Shown piece after piece: positions 1 to 10,782 of a stretch of DNA of 64,000 nucleotides (position 1 is its first letter; each line of letters opens with the position of its first letter). This DNA is from Podarcis gaigeae. Its lineage: Eukaryota. Position numbers and translations under genes: made by a program. Below the pieces are notes generated by a model. That model did no database searches. It saw nothing but the letters and a program-made list of their open reading frames with translations, and was not told where the DNA came from. The DNA is taken from NCBI GenBank assembly GCA_964106915.2, contig OZ066916.1. One strand, given 5' to 3'.

Positions 1-615
1 AGTGGTGAGAATTACTTGCTCAATAAATTATTATAATAATTATTTATATGGCCCCTACTTCTACATAAACAGAAGTAAACATAAAGGAACCCTGCCAGAA
101 GGCTCACAGAGTAAAAGATACAGAAACAGAAATTGAATTCAGCAGAAAGATCAACAGTAAAAAATAAATTTAAAAAAAGGTTGTCAGAGAAAGGCAGAGT
201 AAAGGAAGAGGTCTTCAAAAGTTATTTAAATAAAAGCAAAGAAGAAGCAAAACAAATATCTGTAGGAACAAACTCTAAACATAAAGGACAAAATAATAGC
301 TAACAGAAGAACCAGTATAAGAGATAAGAGGACTGAGTTGTGGTTTAACAAAGAGAGAACAAAGAAAATGAGGAGGAATGCACAACTGAAAAGAAGATGA
401 AAGATGTCTGTGAGCAAGGAAATTATTGCCTCCCCTGCTCATTCACTGCCCAGTGGTAAAGCTAGGACTGGACTTTGGAGCTGTAGTCCAGAGCCCTGCA
501 GACTGAGGGGGTGGGATGTGTACATAGAGAGTGGCAGATGGTGCGCCGAGTGGTATATAGGCCCAATGTCAGCACCTGGGGCATGCCAGAACCTGCATGA
601 GCTGATGCTTGCGAC

Positions 616-650
<35 letters not shown>

Positions 651-1365
651 GTAATAATTTATTTGTATTCCACCCTCCCCAGGCTTAGAGTGGCTAACAG
701 CAAGTAAAAATAGCACAGTGTACCTAAAATCACACAGTCAATTAATAAAATTACATTCTAAAATCAATTCAGAATCAAATTAATGGCAACCATTGAGTTA
801 GAGTTCTATGAGGATTACAGAAGGAGAGAAGGAGTCAGACTGTGCCTTGGCCAAAGGCCTGGTGGAACAGCTTCATCTTGCAGGCCCTGCGGAAAGATGT
901 CAAGTCCTGCAGGGCCCTAGTCTCTTGTGACAGAGCGTTCCACCAGATCGGGGCCACGGCCGAAAAAGCCCTGGCTCTGGTCGATGCCAGCCTAACCTCC
1001 CTGTGGCCCAGGATCTCCAAGATGTTTTTATTTGAAGACTGTAACGTCCTCTGTGGGATATACCAGGAGGGGCAGTCCCATAAGTACAAGGGTTCTAGGC
1101 CATATAGGGCTTTAAAGGTTTAAACCAGCACCTTAAACCTGATCCTGTACTCCACCGGGAGCCAGTGCAGCTGGTATAACACCAGGTGAATGTGATCCCA
1201 TGGCGAGGACCCCGTAAGGAGTCTCGCCACAGCATTCTGCACCCGCTGGAGTTTCTGGGTCTGTCTCAAGGGCAGCCCCACGTAGAGTGAGTTACAATAA
1301 TCAAGCCTGGAGGTGACCGTCACATGGATCACAGTGGCTAGGTCAGGGCGAGAGAGGTAAGGAGC
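616..1365 (-). mobile_element. L2-clade LINE, 5'-truncated 3' fragment with (TTA)n tail
   Basis: Peptides VTSRLDYCNSLYVGLP...LQRVQNAVARLLTG...LHWLPV...RIRFKVL and RAFSAVAPIWWNAL...FRRACKMKLF. (AAT)n at 616-658 marks the tail. Confidence 0.88.
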
Positions 1366-2271
1366 CTCTCTAAGGCAATTCATCTCCTAGTGTTAATCTC
1401 ATTCTATGAGCTACTGATGCAAGGCATGGGTCAACTCACAGGAGGATTCCTCTAGTAATACAGTAAGGCTCAGATGCTTCTTAAGGCAATACAAGACCAG
1501 GGCAAAATCTGCCGTTCTTTGAGAACTTCTTTCATCCTGCTTGCCTGTGTTTGTGTCTGAAAGGCCAAGGGAAAGCATGGGTACATGGAGGAGATAAGTC
1601 ATAAGCAAGCACAGTTTGTGACTTTTCACACTACAGTGCAATTTGTGATCATAGGGCACAAATTAAGGCATTAGCTTTGGTTTCCAGGTTCATGGCTTTG
1701 TGGAACCTGACCCAACATGAGGTAGCCTTAACTCTGATCTTCAACCAGGAAGGTATTTTTTTTAATCAATAGCATTTGAGGGATTGTATGCAAGCATATA
1801 GATAAAACCATAGACTTCTGGCATTAAAATGTGAAATTTACAACCAAATAGAGGAAGGATATGGAGATATAAGCTGATAAGCTACAGGTTGCTTATTGAT
1901 AACAATGAAAACACAACAAGAAATATCTTTGAATATGAACAAATGATGAAAGAGTCAAAGGAACAAAAGAAACCAAGAAATAAGAATAAACAGGATTCAA
2001 GAGGCAGATTATGGCTAATTTCTACCTCTACTGTTGGAAGCAATTTGCCTCTGAATACCAGTTGCTGGGAATCGCAAGTGAGAACAGTCATGTTGTGTTC
2101 GGGTCCTGTTTGCTAGCTTTCCATAGGCACTTGGTTGACCATTTTGAGAAAAGGATGCTGAGCTGGGCTGATCCCGCAGCTCTTAAGCACTTATGTTCTT
2201 CTAGCATTATTTATTTACGTATTTATTTAGAACATTTGTACCCTGGTCTTCAGCCAAAAAGGCTCCCAGGC

Positions 2272-2315
2272 TGTTTGTTTGTTTGTTTGTTTGTTTGTTT
2301 GTTTGTTTGTTTGTT
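2272..2315. repeat. (TTTG)n microsatellite
   Basis: Direct reading. Confidence 0.95.
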
Positions 2316-3000
2316 TTAAATGACACACAAGAGGAAAGGGAAAGGGAGGTAAGAGGGGAAAAGCAAACTCAGACAGCAATTCTTAAATTTCATTTCTCAT
2401 AATGACCAGCTGGCCCAGAAGCAGCTCAGAGGTAAGCAGGTACCTGACAGAGCTGGTTTTTCTGCAAAGCTGGTGGGATAAGCCCTGGTTCTCATCTCCC
2501 CACCTTCTCACTATATAGAAGGGTCTGGTGACTTCTGTTTCAGTGTATCTGAAGAAGTGTGCATGCACATGAAAGCTCATACCTAGAACTAACTTAGTTG
2601 GTCTTTAAGGTGCTACTGGAAGGAATTTTTTTGTTTTTTCTCCAACTGAGGCAGCCTGATGAAATGGCTGCTGCCAGGAGAGGAGGCACAATTTGGAAGA
2701 GTAATGAAATGAGAGAAACATCCAAAGGGGAGATATCTCCCTTTAGGAGATGGTGACAAGCGGAGGAAGGATAGGAGAGAATGAAAAAGAATCCAAACTG
2801 ATAGCAAAATAAACAAAGGTTTAGAATGAATAGCAGGCTTCCAGAAAGCCCAATGAGTAAGATGGCAGATGACCTCAGATGCCCTGTGCACAAGGCCCTA
2901 TTCCTCTTTGCATTTGGTGGAATGGTGTGAATTCTCCTTGGTACCATTTTTCCAAAATAGTGTAGCTCTCATCCTGCTCTGGTGAGATGCCGACTGAGTA

Positions 3001-3260
3001 CAGTGGATGCTCGGGTTGCGAACGTGATCTGTGCGGGATGCACATTCACAACCTGCAGCATTTGCAACCCGTTTCTGCACGTCTGCGCACGCACGGGTTG
3101 AGATTCAGCGCTTCTGTGCATGCGCAAAGTGCGATCTAGTGCTTCTGCGCATGCGCGACCGCTGAAACCTGGAACTAACCTGTTCCAGTGCTTCCGGGTT
3201 TCAGCGGTCCACAACCCAAAAAAACGCAACCTGAAGCGTCTGTAACCTGAGGTATGACTG
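3001..3260. mobile_element. Tc1/mariner (Tigger-like) MITE
   Basis: CAGT...ACTG termini flanked by TA on both sides. Related to 56606-56780. Confidence 0.8.
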
Positions 3261-3654
3261 TACTGGTTACAGAATATCTCTCCAAGTGCACAGACTGCAT
3301 GTAAGGCACAAGAAGAAACACACCTTTGCTATTCTAAACCAAAATGGAGGTTAAACCCACTTCCCCAAGTGGTAGGAAAGGCAGCTTGGGATCAGGATTT
3401 GGATCAGAACTGCCGCACTGGGGGAGGTGAATTTAACCCTTCCCATCCAGACTGCATTTCCTTGACTGAAATCCTCCTGCGCAGTTGCTAAGATATGGGG
3501 AAGGGGTACAACATATTTGTTTTTCACTCCATCCCTGGCTAATAACATCTTGGGGTGGGGCACTTTAAATTAGGCAGTGTTGCTGCCTTCTCTCTCCCAG
3601 CCTGCACCCCATTTTGGCTGTAGAATTTTATTAGTTATGGCTGTTTTGACCAAA

Positions 3655-3690
3655 ATAATAAGAATAAGAATAAGAATAAGAATAAGAATA
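3655..3690. repeat. (AATAAG)n microsatellite
   Basis: Direct reading. Confidence 0.9.
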
Positions 3691-5467
3691 GAAAAACCTC
3701 TTGATCTACGTGTGTGAAATTTGGCAGGGTTAATCCCCTCTTGGTGTGCTACTGTGTCTGCAGGTTACATGCACTTACATGTGTGGGGGAAACCCAAAAT
3801 GTTCTGGCCATTTTGGTTTCTCAATGAAAACCAATGGGAGGACTTCAGCTGCAGTTTGGATTTGGTGTCTAGGGCAACACTGCCTCCCCCCAACCAAAAA
3901 AGAAAACCAACAACATGCCAAACAATACCCAAAGCACAATGACGAAGTGGGGTGCTTGCACAGCACTAGTTCAATCAACCTGTTGCAGAGGTTTGACTTG
4001 ATTCACATTTAACTGGTTTTAATATTATTAATAACAACAACAATAATAAATAATAGTAAGTAGAATCTCCACCATGTCCCTGCCAGTCTAGCTATGCAAG
4101 AGGGGATCTCCTGGGTTAACTGAACAATCCAAGCTGTTCAAACATCCATTCACTGCCTTGAACCAAAAACAATTTTCAGAGCTGTGTCAATCACATAGTT
4201 AAATACTTTCCATAAACCCAGACAAGACCTAAACAAGTGTGGCGCTTTCTGCCCATGCTCAAATGCAAACTTACTACTCTTTTTTCTATCCCTTCTGGTT
4301 GCTCATGACTCATGAGTGTTGTCTTCCAAAGGCAGAGGAGAGGGATTTCCAGCCATCAAGGTACATTAATATTTCGATAAGAATATGACTAGGCTTAAAA
4401 TATTAGTAATATTCTCTGATGGCTGGAAACTATTTGTCCAGAGATAGGCCCATTCACAGTAATGAAGATAAGACAAACTCAACACACAAACAGACACACA
4501 ACCCTGTTAAAGGATTGTAATGCTTCATTATGTCAGGGAAGGGGGCATAAATGTATTTTCATATTTGTAATTATGCTGTACAGTATCATTAATCTTTGGT
4601 GTGATTCTGTATTTGTCTAGCAAGGGAACACACAGTCCCATCCATCTAAAAAGACCCATTTGTGTGCAAAAATTCTGCCTTTGGAACCATTAGAAGTCAT
4701 TAAATAGCAATTGGAAGGAGGGGAAAGGCATATAAGAGTCAAAACGTGCTGAGTTTAATGAATACCACAGTCAACACTCCCCCACACCTGCTTATATGTG
4801 ACTGTACGCTTTGCCTATATCCTAGTTAAAGATTCTACTGCGATTGCAAGGGTACTTACAGAAAACTGAATGCAGCAGCCAGAAGCTCATATGAGAGAGC
4901 AAAGCGGAAGTGAATTGTAATCAAGCTTGCATTATATATGGTTTTGATCCCTTTCAGCTGGAATTCCTTTTCTTTTCCCCAATCTCTGCAAGTTCGGACA
5001 TTTTAGATTTGACTCAATCAGTCTTAAGGGCTGAACATTTCAAAGCAGATTTGAAATGAGAGCCAATCTACATGTTACATACAAATTCACATTTTTAAAT
5101 CTGGAGCTTTATGAATTTGGAGCGCAGACAAGTTGAAAGCAGTTCTTAGCCCAAAGCTTTCCCCATACAAGTCTACCTCCACCAGCCCTGTCCACTTATC
5201 CTCTCCTGTCAGTTGCTATGTGTGTGTTTGTCAATAAAAGCCTGGAACTTAATTGGCGGGGGAATGGCTTGGGGACAGGAGTGGCAAAAGGAAAAGAGTT
5301 AAGTACCATATCCCCACTTACTATTTCTAAACTCCAGATGTATCTGGAGTATTTATTTCCTACCTGAAAAGGTCAAAGCATAAAATAATATGTGGGTATA
5401 CTGGTTTCAGGTAGTGGCTGGAGCCCAGGAAGTCATACATGGCAGGGAAAACTGTGCTTTAATATCG

Positions 5468-5506
5468 ATTGATAGATAGATTGATTGATTGATTGATTGA
5501 TTGATT
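5468..5506. repeat. (GATA)/(GATT)n microsatellite
   Basis: Direct reading. Confidence 0.9.
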
Positions 5507-6004
5507 TAATATTTAGATCTCAACACAGAACTGTCTGATATGCAACAGGAGGAAGTCCAAAAGAACTCCATAGCACTACCACATTAGATATTGGTACTAG
5601 AGTCTAAATCTCATTTTTATGTATGTTTTCTCTTCAACTAATAGGATTGAAATAGATATAAAATTAAAGATTTTTATAATACACACACCTTATGTCTATG
5701 TTTTAATACACAAATGGAAAAACCTGCTTGAGGAAAATATATATTTTTCTCCAGCTAATGGATGACAAATGTTAAGGTTTCTGCTATATATGTATGCATA
5801 CGTGTACTATTCTGAAAAGAAATAATTCCTTTCTAACTTTAATGTGATATATTCATTCCAGAATAGTATCTGTATTGCTCTGCTGAATAACAACAAAAAA
5901 ATTCCCTGTATATTTATTTGAGAGGTGACCAATCAAATCTAGTGGGATGCACTTCTAAGTAAACCTTCATAAGATTGGAAAATCTAATCTGAGGCAGCCA
6001 TGAA

Positions 6005-6260
6005 AAGAAGAAGAGGAAGAAGAGTTTGGATTTGATATCCCGCTTTATCACTACCCGAAGGAGTCTGAAAGCGGCTAACATTCTCCTTTCCCTTCCTCCC
6101 CCACAACAAACACTCTGTGAGGTGAGTGGGGCTGAGAGACTTCAAAGAAGTGTGACTAGCCCAAGGTCACCCAGCAGCTGCATGTGGAGGAGCACAGACG
6201 CGTACCCGGTTCCCTAGATTATGAGTCTATCGCTCTTAACCACTACACCACACTGGCTCT
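6005..6260 (-). mobile_element. tRNA-derived CORE-type SINE (Squam3-like) with (CTT)n tail
   Basis: Minus strand starts GAGCCAGTGTGGTGTAGTGGTTAAGAGC (A-box), contains GGGTGACCTTGGGCTAGTCAC and ends in a (CTT)n tail. Confidence 0.8.
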
Positions 6261-6349
6261 CGAGCATTGAAACTGAATGCTCTTTCTACTGGATCACCCA
6301 GAACACATTTCTTTTTAGCTTTACCCATGGCCCCCATGCAGCCCCAGAT

Positions 6350-6667
6350 TGTTGGTTTCTGCTTCCTTCACTGAGCAGCGAAGTGCTTGTCACAAGACAG
6401 TGTTTACATTCCACAGTCAAGTGCTGTTGGGTTTTCTCACGGGAAAGGAGACTGGATGTGACGTACACTGGTTTCCTGTTTTCACTGTTCTTCGCAGTTC
6501 AGTGTGTTCTCTCCGTGCTTTAGAGGAGAGAGAATGCTTTCTCTGCTCCGGCAGAGGCAAGATGTTTTTCTGTAACCTACCAGCTTTGAAGTCTAAATAA
6601 AGCAATATAGAGTATGTGGCACGTATTCCTCATCCTTCCGCTGTGCACGGGACACTGCATATCAACA
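6350..6667 (+). repeat. Copia 5' LTR
   Basis: TG...CA termini, AATAAA near 6596, 7 mismatches to the 3' LTR by manual comparison. Confidence 0.95.
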
Positions 6668-6672
6668 AAACT

Positions 6673-6687
6673 GGTTATGGGCTCCAG
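6673..6687 (+). promoter_or_regulatory. Primer binding site complementary to the anticodon arm of initiator tRNA-Met (half-tRNA priming)
   Basis: GGTTATGGGCTCCAG versus GGTTATGGGCCCAG, the reverse complement of tRNA-iMet CTGGGCCCATAACC. One extra T. Starts 5 nt after the LTR end. Confidence 0.8.
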
Positions 6688-7141
6688 AAGTCGAATCGGA
6701 GTGCCGGAAAAGGATCGGAATGCAGAGGGACAGATCGAAACGGTATCTGCTCTGCGCGTCAAAATGATTGATGAGGTATGTGCTACTGCTCCGGGCAGCC
6801 TGCCAGCTTCTATTTAATGGCTTTATGGCTGGACTTTGAACTTTTAAGGCCGTTTTGCCGGGCTCAGGCAAAGGCTAAAAGGAACAATTTCCTATGCTGG
6901 GGAAATCGAAAGTAACTTTTAAAAGTGCTTTTGGAATAAAGCAGCTGCAGCAGTGACGCAGCATGGATTTAAGGCAGCAGAGAGAAAGCACTTTTGAACT
7001 TGCCTTTGGAATGAGGTTTGAAGCAGCTGCAATTAAGCAGAGTGGCACAGGCTCACAGGCAGAGGCTGTTTTGAACTTGCTTTTGGAATGAAGCAGCACA
7101 GACACAGCTTGTATAAAGCAGCCTGATTTAAAGCAGCAGAG

Positions 7142-10100
7142 ATGACGCAGAAGGCTAATGCCAGAGTCATGATGGCTAGCTGCAGAAGGCTGGCTGAGGC
7201 AAGTGGGGAATTTGATGCCAATCAGCCAAATGCTCAACTCACAGTAGCCAGTGATACTGCCGTGATTCAGAATGAAGCAGACCGCCAGGGTGATAGCTGC
7301 ATGGGCAAGGGGGAGACTTCACAGACGTCATCCCATAGTGCAGTGGAACCACCAGATGGCGCCAAAGCTTTGAAGGCAGTGAAATGCTACTCGTGTGGAC
7401 GTCTAGGCCATATGAAGAGGGAATGCAGATATCCCAGGGCCAAGACAGAGCAGCGCAGCGAAAGCTCATCGCGTGGAAAAGGCCGAGGCAAAGGCAAAGG
7501 TCCGGTGTCCAGGACAACGCAGCACAAGGCAATGGTCTCACGCTTCACTCCAAAGGTTGCAGAGGTCCAGAAGACGTCTAGATCTTTCTTCGTTGTTGAT
7601 TCAGCTGCAACGCATCACATGTGCAACGATAAGCGACTGTTCGTGTCTTTTACACCGCAGGAAGGTGCGATTCACCAGGCGGATGACCACACAATCCCCA
7701 GTAAAGGCTACGGAACTGTTGTTCTTCACAGTTTGGACTTATCGATACAGGATGTGCTTTATGTGCCGGATGCCAAGCATAATCTGCTCAGCGTTGGACA
7801 GCTGAATGAGCGGAAAATTGATGTTTCCTTTAAGAACAAAAGGTGCATCATCACAAAGAAAAATGATTATGTATTGCATGCTGAATATGTTGATCGTTTA
7901 TATGTTTTGTATTTTGATGATGTTGTGCAGGATGACACTTGTTGCATTGCAGGTACTAACAAAAGTTTGCATGCAGAATGTATTCATGATTTTCATCGAA
8001 AATTTGGTCATTTGCATTTTGAGGCAGTATCTAAAATGCCTGCCTTGGTTGAAGGTATGACTATTAAACCCTGCAGGTACCACATGAAGTGCAAGGCATG
8101 CGCAGCAAACAAGGTGAAAATGGCTGCGAAAGGTAAGGTGTCTAGTAGGCAAGCTACAGAACCATACCAGGTTGTTCATGCTGATTTGGTTGGACCACTA
8201 GTGCCCTCTTTGGGTGGAAATAGGTACTTCATGGTTCTCATTGATGCATTTTCCAGATATATTTATGTGTACAATCTCAAGCAGAAATCAGAGGCTTTTC
8301 CTAGGTTCAAGGAATTCTGTGCTTGGTTGGAAAATGTGCATGGTAAGAAGATAAAAATTCTTTTCACTGATCGCGGGGGGGAATTCACTTCTCAGCAGTT
8401 TGAAGCTTTTCTGTCTGAGAAAGGAATTCAACACGATTTGTCTAGTCGTCGCTCGCCATGGCAGAATGGACTGTGCGAGAGGGCAAATCAGACATTGCTT
8501 CAAGGGTTAAAAACCTTGCTGCATGATGCCAATCTTCCAGAGAGTTATTGGGCCGAATCTCTCTCGTGTTTTGTTTACAGTTATAATCGCAGGTTATCTT
8601 CAGCGATTGGTTGTACCCCCTATGAGAAGATGTTTGGCAAGAAACCATACATCAAACACATGAAAATTTTGGGTTCTGACATGTGGGTTCACTCACCACA
8701 AAACTCCAAGTTAGACAAGCGTGGATTGCATGGTATCTTTCTAGGTTATCAGAAAGGGTCTTACAGAATAATGATGACTGACTCTAAGACAATTAAGCTC
8801 ACAAGAAGTGTTGAGTACAATGCCAAGTGGGGGGAGAATGTGGGAATTTTCCAATGTTATCCTGATGACAGTGATGAGACTGAGGATAGTCAAAAGCAAC
8901 CGCAAAAACCCACACCCACTGATGAAGGTTCTGATTCTGAGTCTGAAACTGAATCGGGTGATTCAGAGGATTTCAAGAGTGCGAAAGCCTCTATGCGACC
9001 CTCTGAAAGCTCTGATCAAGAATTGGAGGAACCATTGTTCACAATAGGTCACTTTTCTCCTAAGAAGGAAGAGGAAAGTGTTGAAGACTTAAGGCTAATT
9101 CGCAGATCACAGAGAGCAACAAAAGGCAGACCTCCAAAGAGATTTGCTGATGAGTTTGCTAAGATAGCAGTAACAGCTGTTAAAAGCTCCAAGAAGGTAT
9201 TTGAACCTTCAAGTTTCCAAGAAATCCAGGATTTGGATTCAAAGGAAGCTGAGCCATGGTTAAATGCCATGAAGGCTGAGCTTGATTCCTTAGAAAGGAA
9301 CAAAACATGGGACCTTGTTCCAGTAGTTCCAGGAATGAAACTGCTTGGAAGCAAATGGGTCTTCAAAGCGAAGACTGATCAAAATGGCAAGATAGTCAGA
9401 CACAAAGCCAGATTGGTAGCCAGAGGTTTTGCACAGGTACCAGGTGAAGACTATCACGAGACCTACTCACCCACCGTGAGGTATGAGAGCATTAGGCTTA
9501 TGCTCAAGCTAGCTGCAGAGGAGAATCTACACATTAGTCACCATGATGTGAATACAGCTTTTTTGTACGGATCTCTAGATGAATCACTTTATATGCTTCC
9601 ACCTGATGGCGTACAGGTAAAACAGGGATATGTTTGTGCTCTGAAGAAGTCCCTTTATGGTCTCAAACAAAGTGCACGGTGTTGGCACACAAAACTCACT
9701 GAAGTATTGTTTTCTCTAGGTTTTAAGCAAGGGAAAGCTGATCCATGTGTATTTGTCAAAGAGGAGGGGCAAAAGAAACTGTATTGTTTGTTTTATGTTA
9801 ATGATCTTTTATTCTTTTGGAAGGATGTCACAATGTACAATAATGCCCTAGCTCAACTGAAAGAGCACTTTGACATGAAAGATCTTGGTGAGGTAAACAA
9901 CTACCTATCTCTGGAAATAGAGAGAGATCAAGATGGTAACATTCTAGTACACCAGTCACGTAAAATTGCTGATGTGTTAAACAAACTAAACCTGATGGAT
10001 GCTAACCCTGTAGACACACCGATGACAACAGGTTATCAGGTAGATGACACTGAAGAAGCATTTTCTGACACTACACTGTACAGAAGTGTGCTAGGCAAGC

Positions 10101-10735
10101 TAAACTTCATTGCCAGATGTTCAAGACCTGACATTGCTGTTAGCTGTAATTTGCTAAGCAGACAAGTCAACAATCCTACTGTTAAGGATTGGAAAGCTCT
10201 GAAACGCATAGCACGGTATTTGAAAGGCACTATGCATTACAGACTGAGATTTAACAATCAGAAGTCTGGTGGTCTTGAGATTTTTGCAGATGCAAGTTTT
10301 GGAAGTGACACTACAGACAGGAAAAGTACGTCTGGAGTTTGCTATAAATACAATCAGGGTCTATTTGATTGGTCATGCAAGAAGCAAACAACAGTTAGCT
10401 TAAGTACTTGTGAAGCTGAACTGAATGCACTGTCTTATTCACTTAAGGATTGTGAATGGTTGTTACAATTGTGCAAAGACATGAAAATTCCTGTCAAATG
10501 TCCAATCCAGGTTTACCAGGACAACAAAGCATGTTTGGCTTTGCTGAATTCTGAAGGTTGTAAGCAAAGCACGAAGCACTTGCAATTGAAGTTGCAACAT
10601 GCTAGGGAACATATTCAGAAGGGACTCGTAACGGTGTCCTATATGCCAGGTAATGAAATTCCTGCTGATGTATTGTCCAAGATTGTATCAAGGGATCAAC
10701 ACTGTACCTATGTGCAGAAGTTGGGTTTGTACTGA
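7142..10735 (+). CDS. Copia polyprotein: zinc knuckle, aspartic protease, integrase, RT (YVND), RNase H
   Basis: CYSCGRLGHMKREC knuckle; VDSAATHHM protease; HRKFGH...CKAC integrase zinc motif; DDE core (HADLVGP, TDRGGEF, NGLCER); KARLVARGF, LKKSLYGLKQS and YVND in RT; FADASF, EAEL, DNKAC, ADVLSK in RNase H. Confidence 0.95.
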   Translation: MTQKANARVMMASCRRLAEASGEFDANQPNAQLTVASDTAVIQNEADRQGDSCMGKGETSQTSSHSAVEPPDGAKALKAVKCYSCGRLGHMKRECRYPRAKTEQRSESSSRGKGRGKGKGPVSRTTQHKAMVSRFTPKVAEVQKTSRSFFVVDSAATHHMCNDKRLFVSFTPQEGAIHQADDHTIPSKGYGTVVLHSLDLSIQDVLYVPDAKHNLLSVGQLNERKIDVSFKNKRCIITKKNDYVLHAEYVDRLYVLYFDDVVQDDTCCIAGTNKSLHAECIHDFHRKFGHLHFEAVSKMPALVEGMTIKPCRYHMKCKACAANKVKMAAKGKVSSRQATEPYQVVHADLVGPLVPSLGGNRYFMVLIDAFSRYIYVYNLKQKSEAFPRFKEFCAWLENVHGKKIKILFTDRGGEFTSQQFEAFLSEKGIQHDLSSRRSPWQNGLCERANQTLLQGLKTLLHDANLPESYWAESLSCFVYSYNRRLSSAIGCTPYEKMFGKKPYIKHMKILGSDMWVHSPQNSKLDKRGLHGIFLGYQKGSYRIMMTDSKTIKLTRSVEYNAKWGENVGIFQCYPDDSDETEDSQKQPQKPTPTDEGSDSESETESGDSEDFKSAKASMRPSESSDQELEEPLFTIGHFSPKKEEESVEDLRLIRRSQRATKGRPPKRFADEFAKIAVTAVKSSKKVFEPSSFQEIQDLDSKEAEPWLNAMKAELDSLERNKTWDLVPVVPGMKLLGSKWVFKAKTDQNGKIVRHKARLVARGFAQVPGEDYHETYSPTVRYESIRLMLKLAAEENLHISHHDVNTAFLYGSLDESLYMLPPDGVQVKQGYVCALKKSLYGLKQSARCWHTKLTEVLFSLGFKQGKADPCVFVKEEGQKKLYCLFYVNDLLFFWKDVTMYNNALAQLKEHFDMKDLGEVNNYLSLEIERDQDGNILVHQSRKIADVLNKLNLMDANPVDTPMTTGYQVDDTEEAFSDTTLYRSVLGKLNFIARCSRPDIAVSCNLLSRQVNNPTVKDWKALKRIARYLKGTMHYRLRFNNQKSGGLEIFADASFGSDTTDRKSTSGVCYKYNQGLFDWSCKKQTTVSLSTCEAELNALSYSLKDCEWLLQLCKDMKIPVKCPIQVYQDNKACLALLNSEGCKQSTKHLQLKLQHAREHIQKGLVTVSYMPGNEIPADVLSKIVSRDQHCTYVQKLGLY

Positions 10736-10768
10736 TATTGTACGAACACGCTGCCCAGTGATGTTCAC

Positions 10769-10782
10769 AGAAAGGGGGAGGA
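10769..10782 (+). promoter_or_regulatory. Polypurine tract (plus-strand primer)
   Basis: AGAAAGGGGGAGGA directly abuts the 3' LTR TG. Confidence 0.9.

Noticed and set aside
6221-6871. Short ORFs duplicated at 6.3 kb and 10.7 kb
   Set aside because: They are translations of the two LTRs, not a duplicated gene.
6875-7237. 120-aa antisense ORF with internal repeats in the Copia leader
   Set aside because: It merely reflects the ~77-bp repeat, begins at a non-ATG codon and has no recognisable domain.
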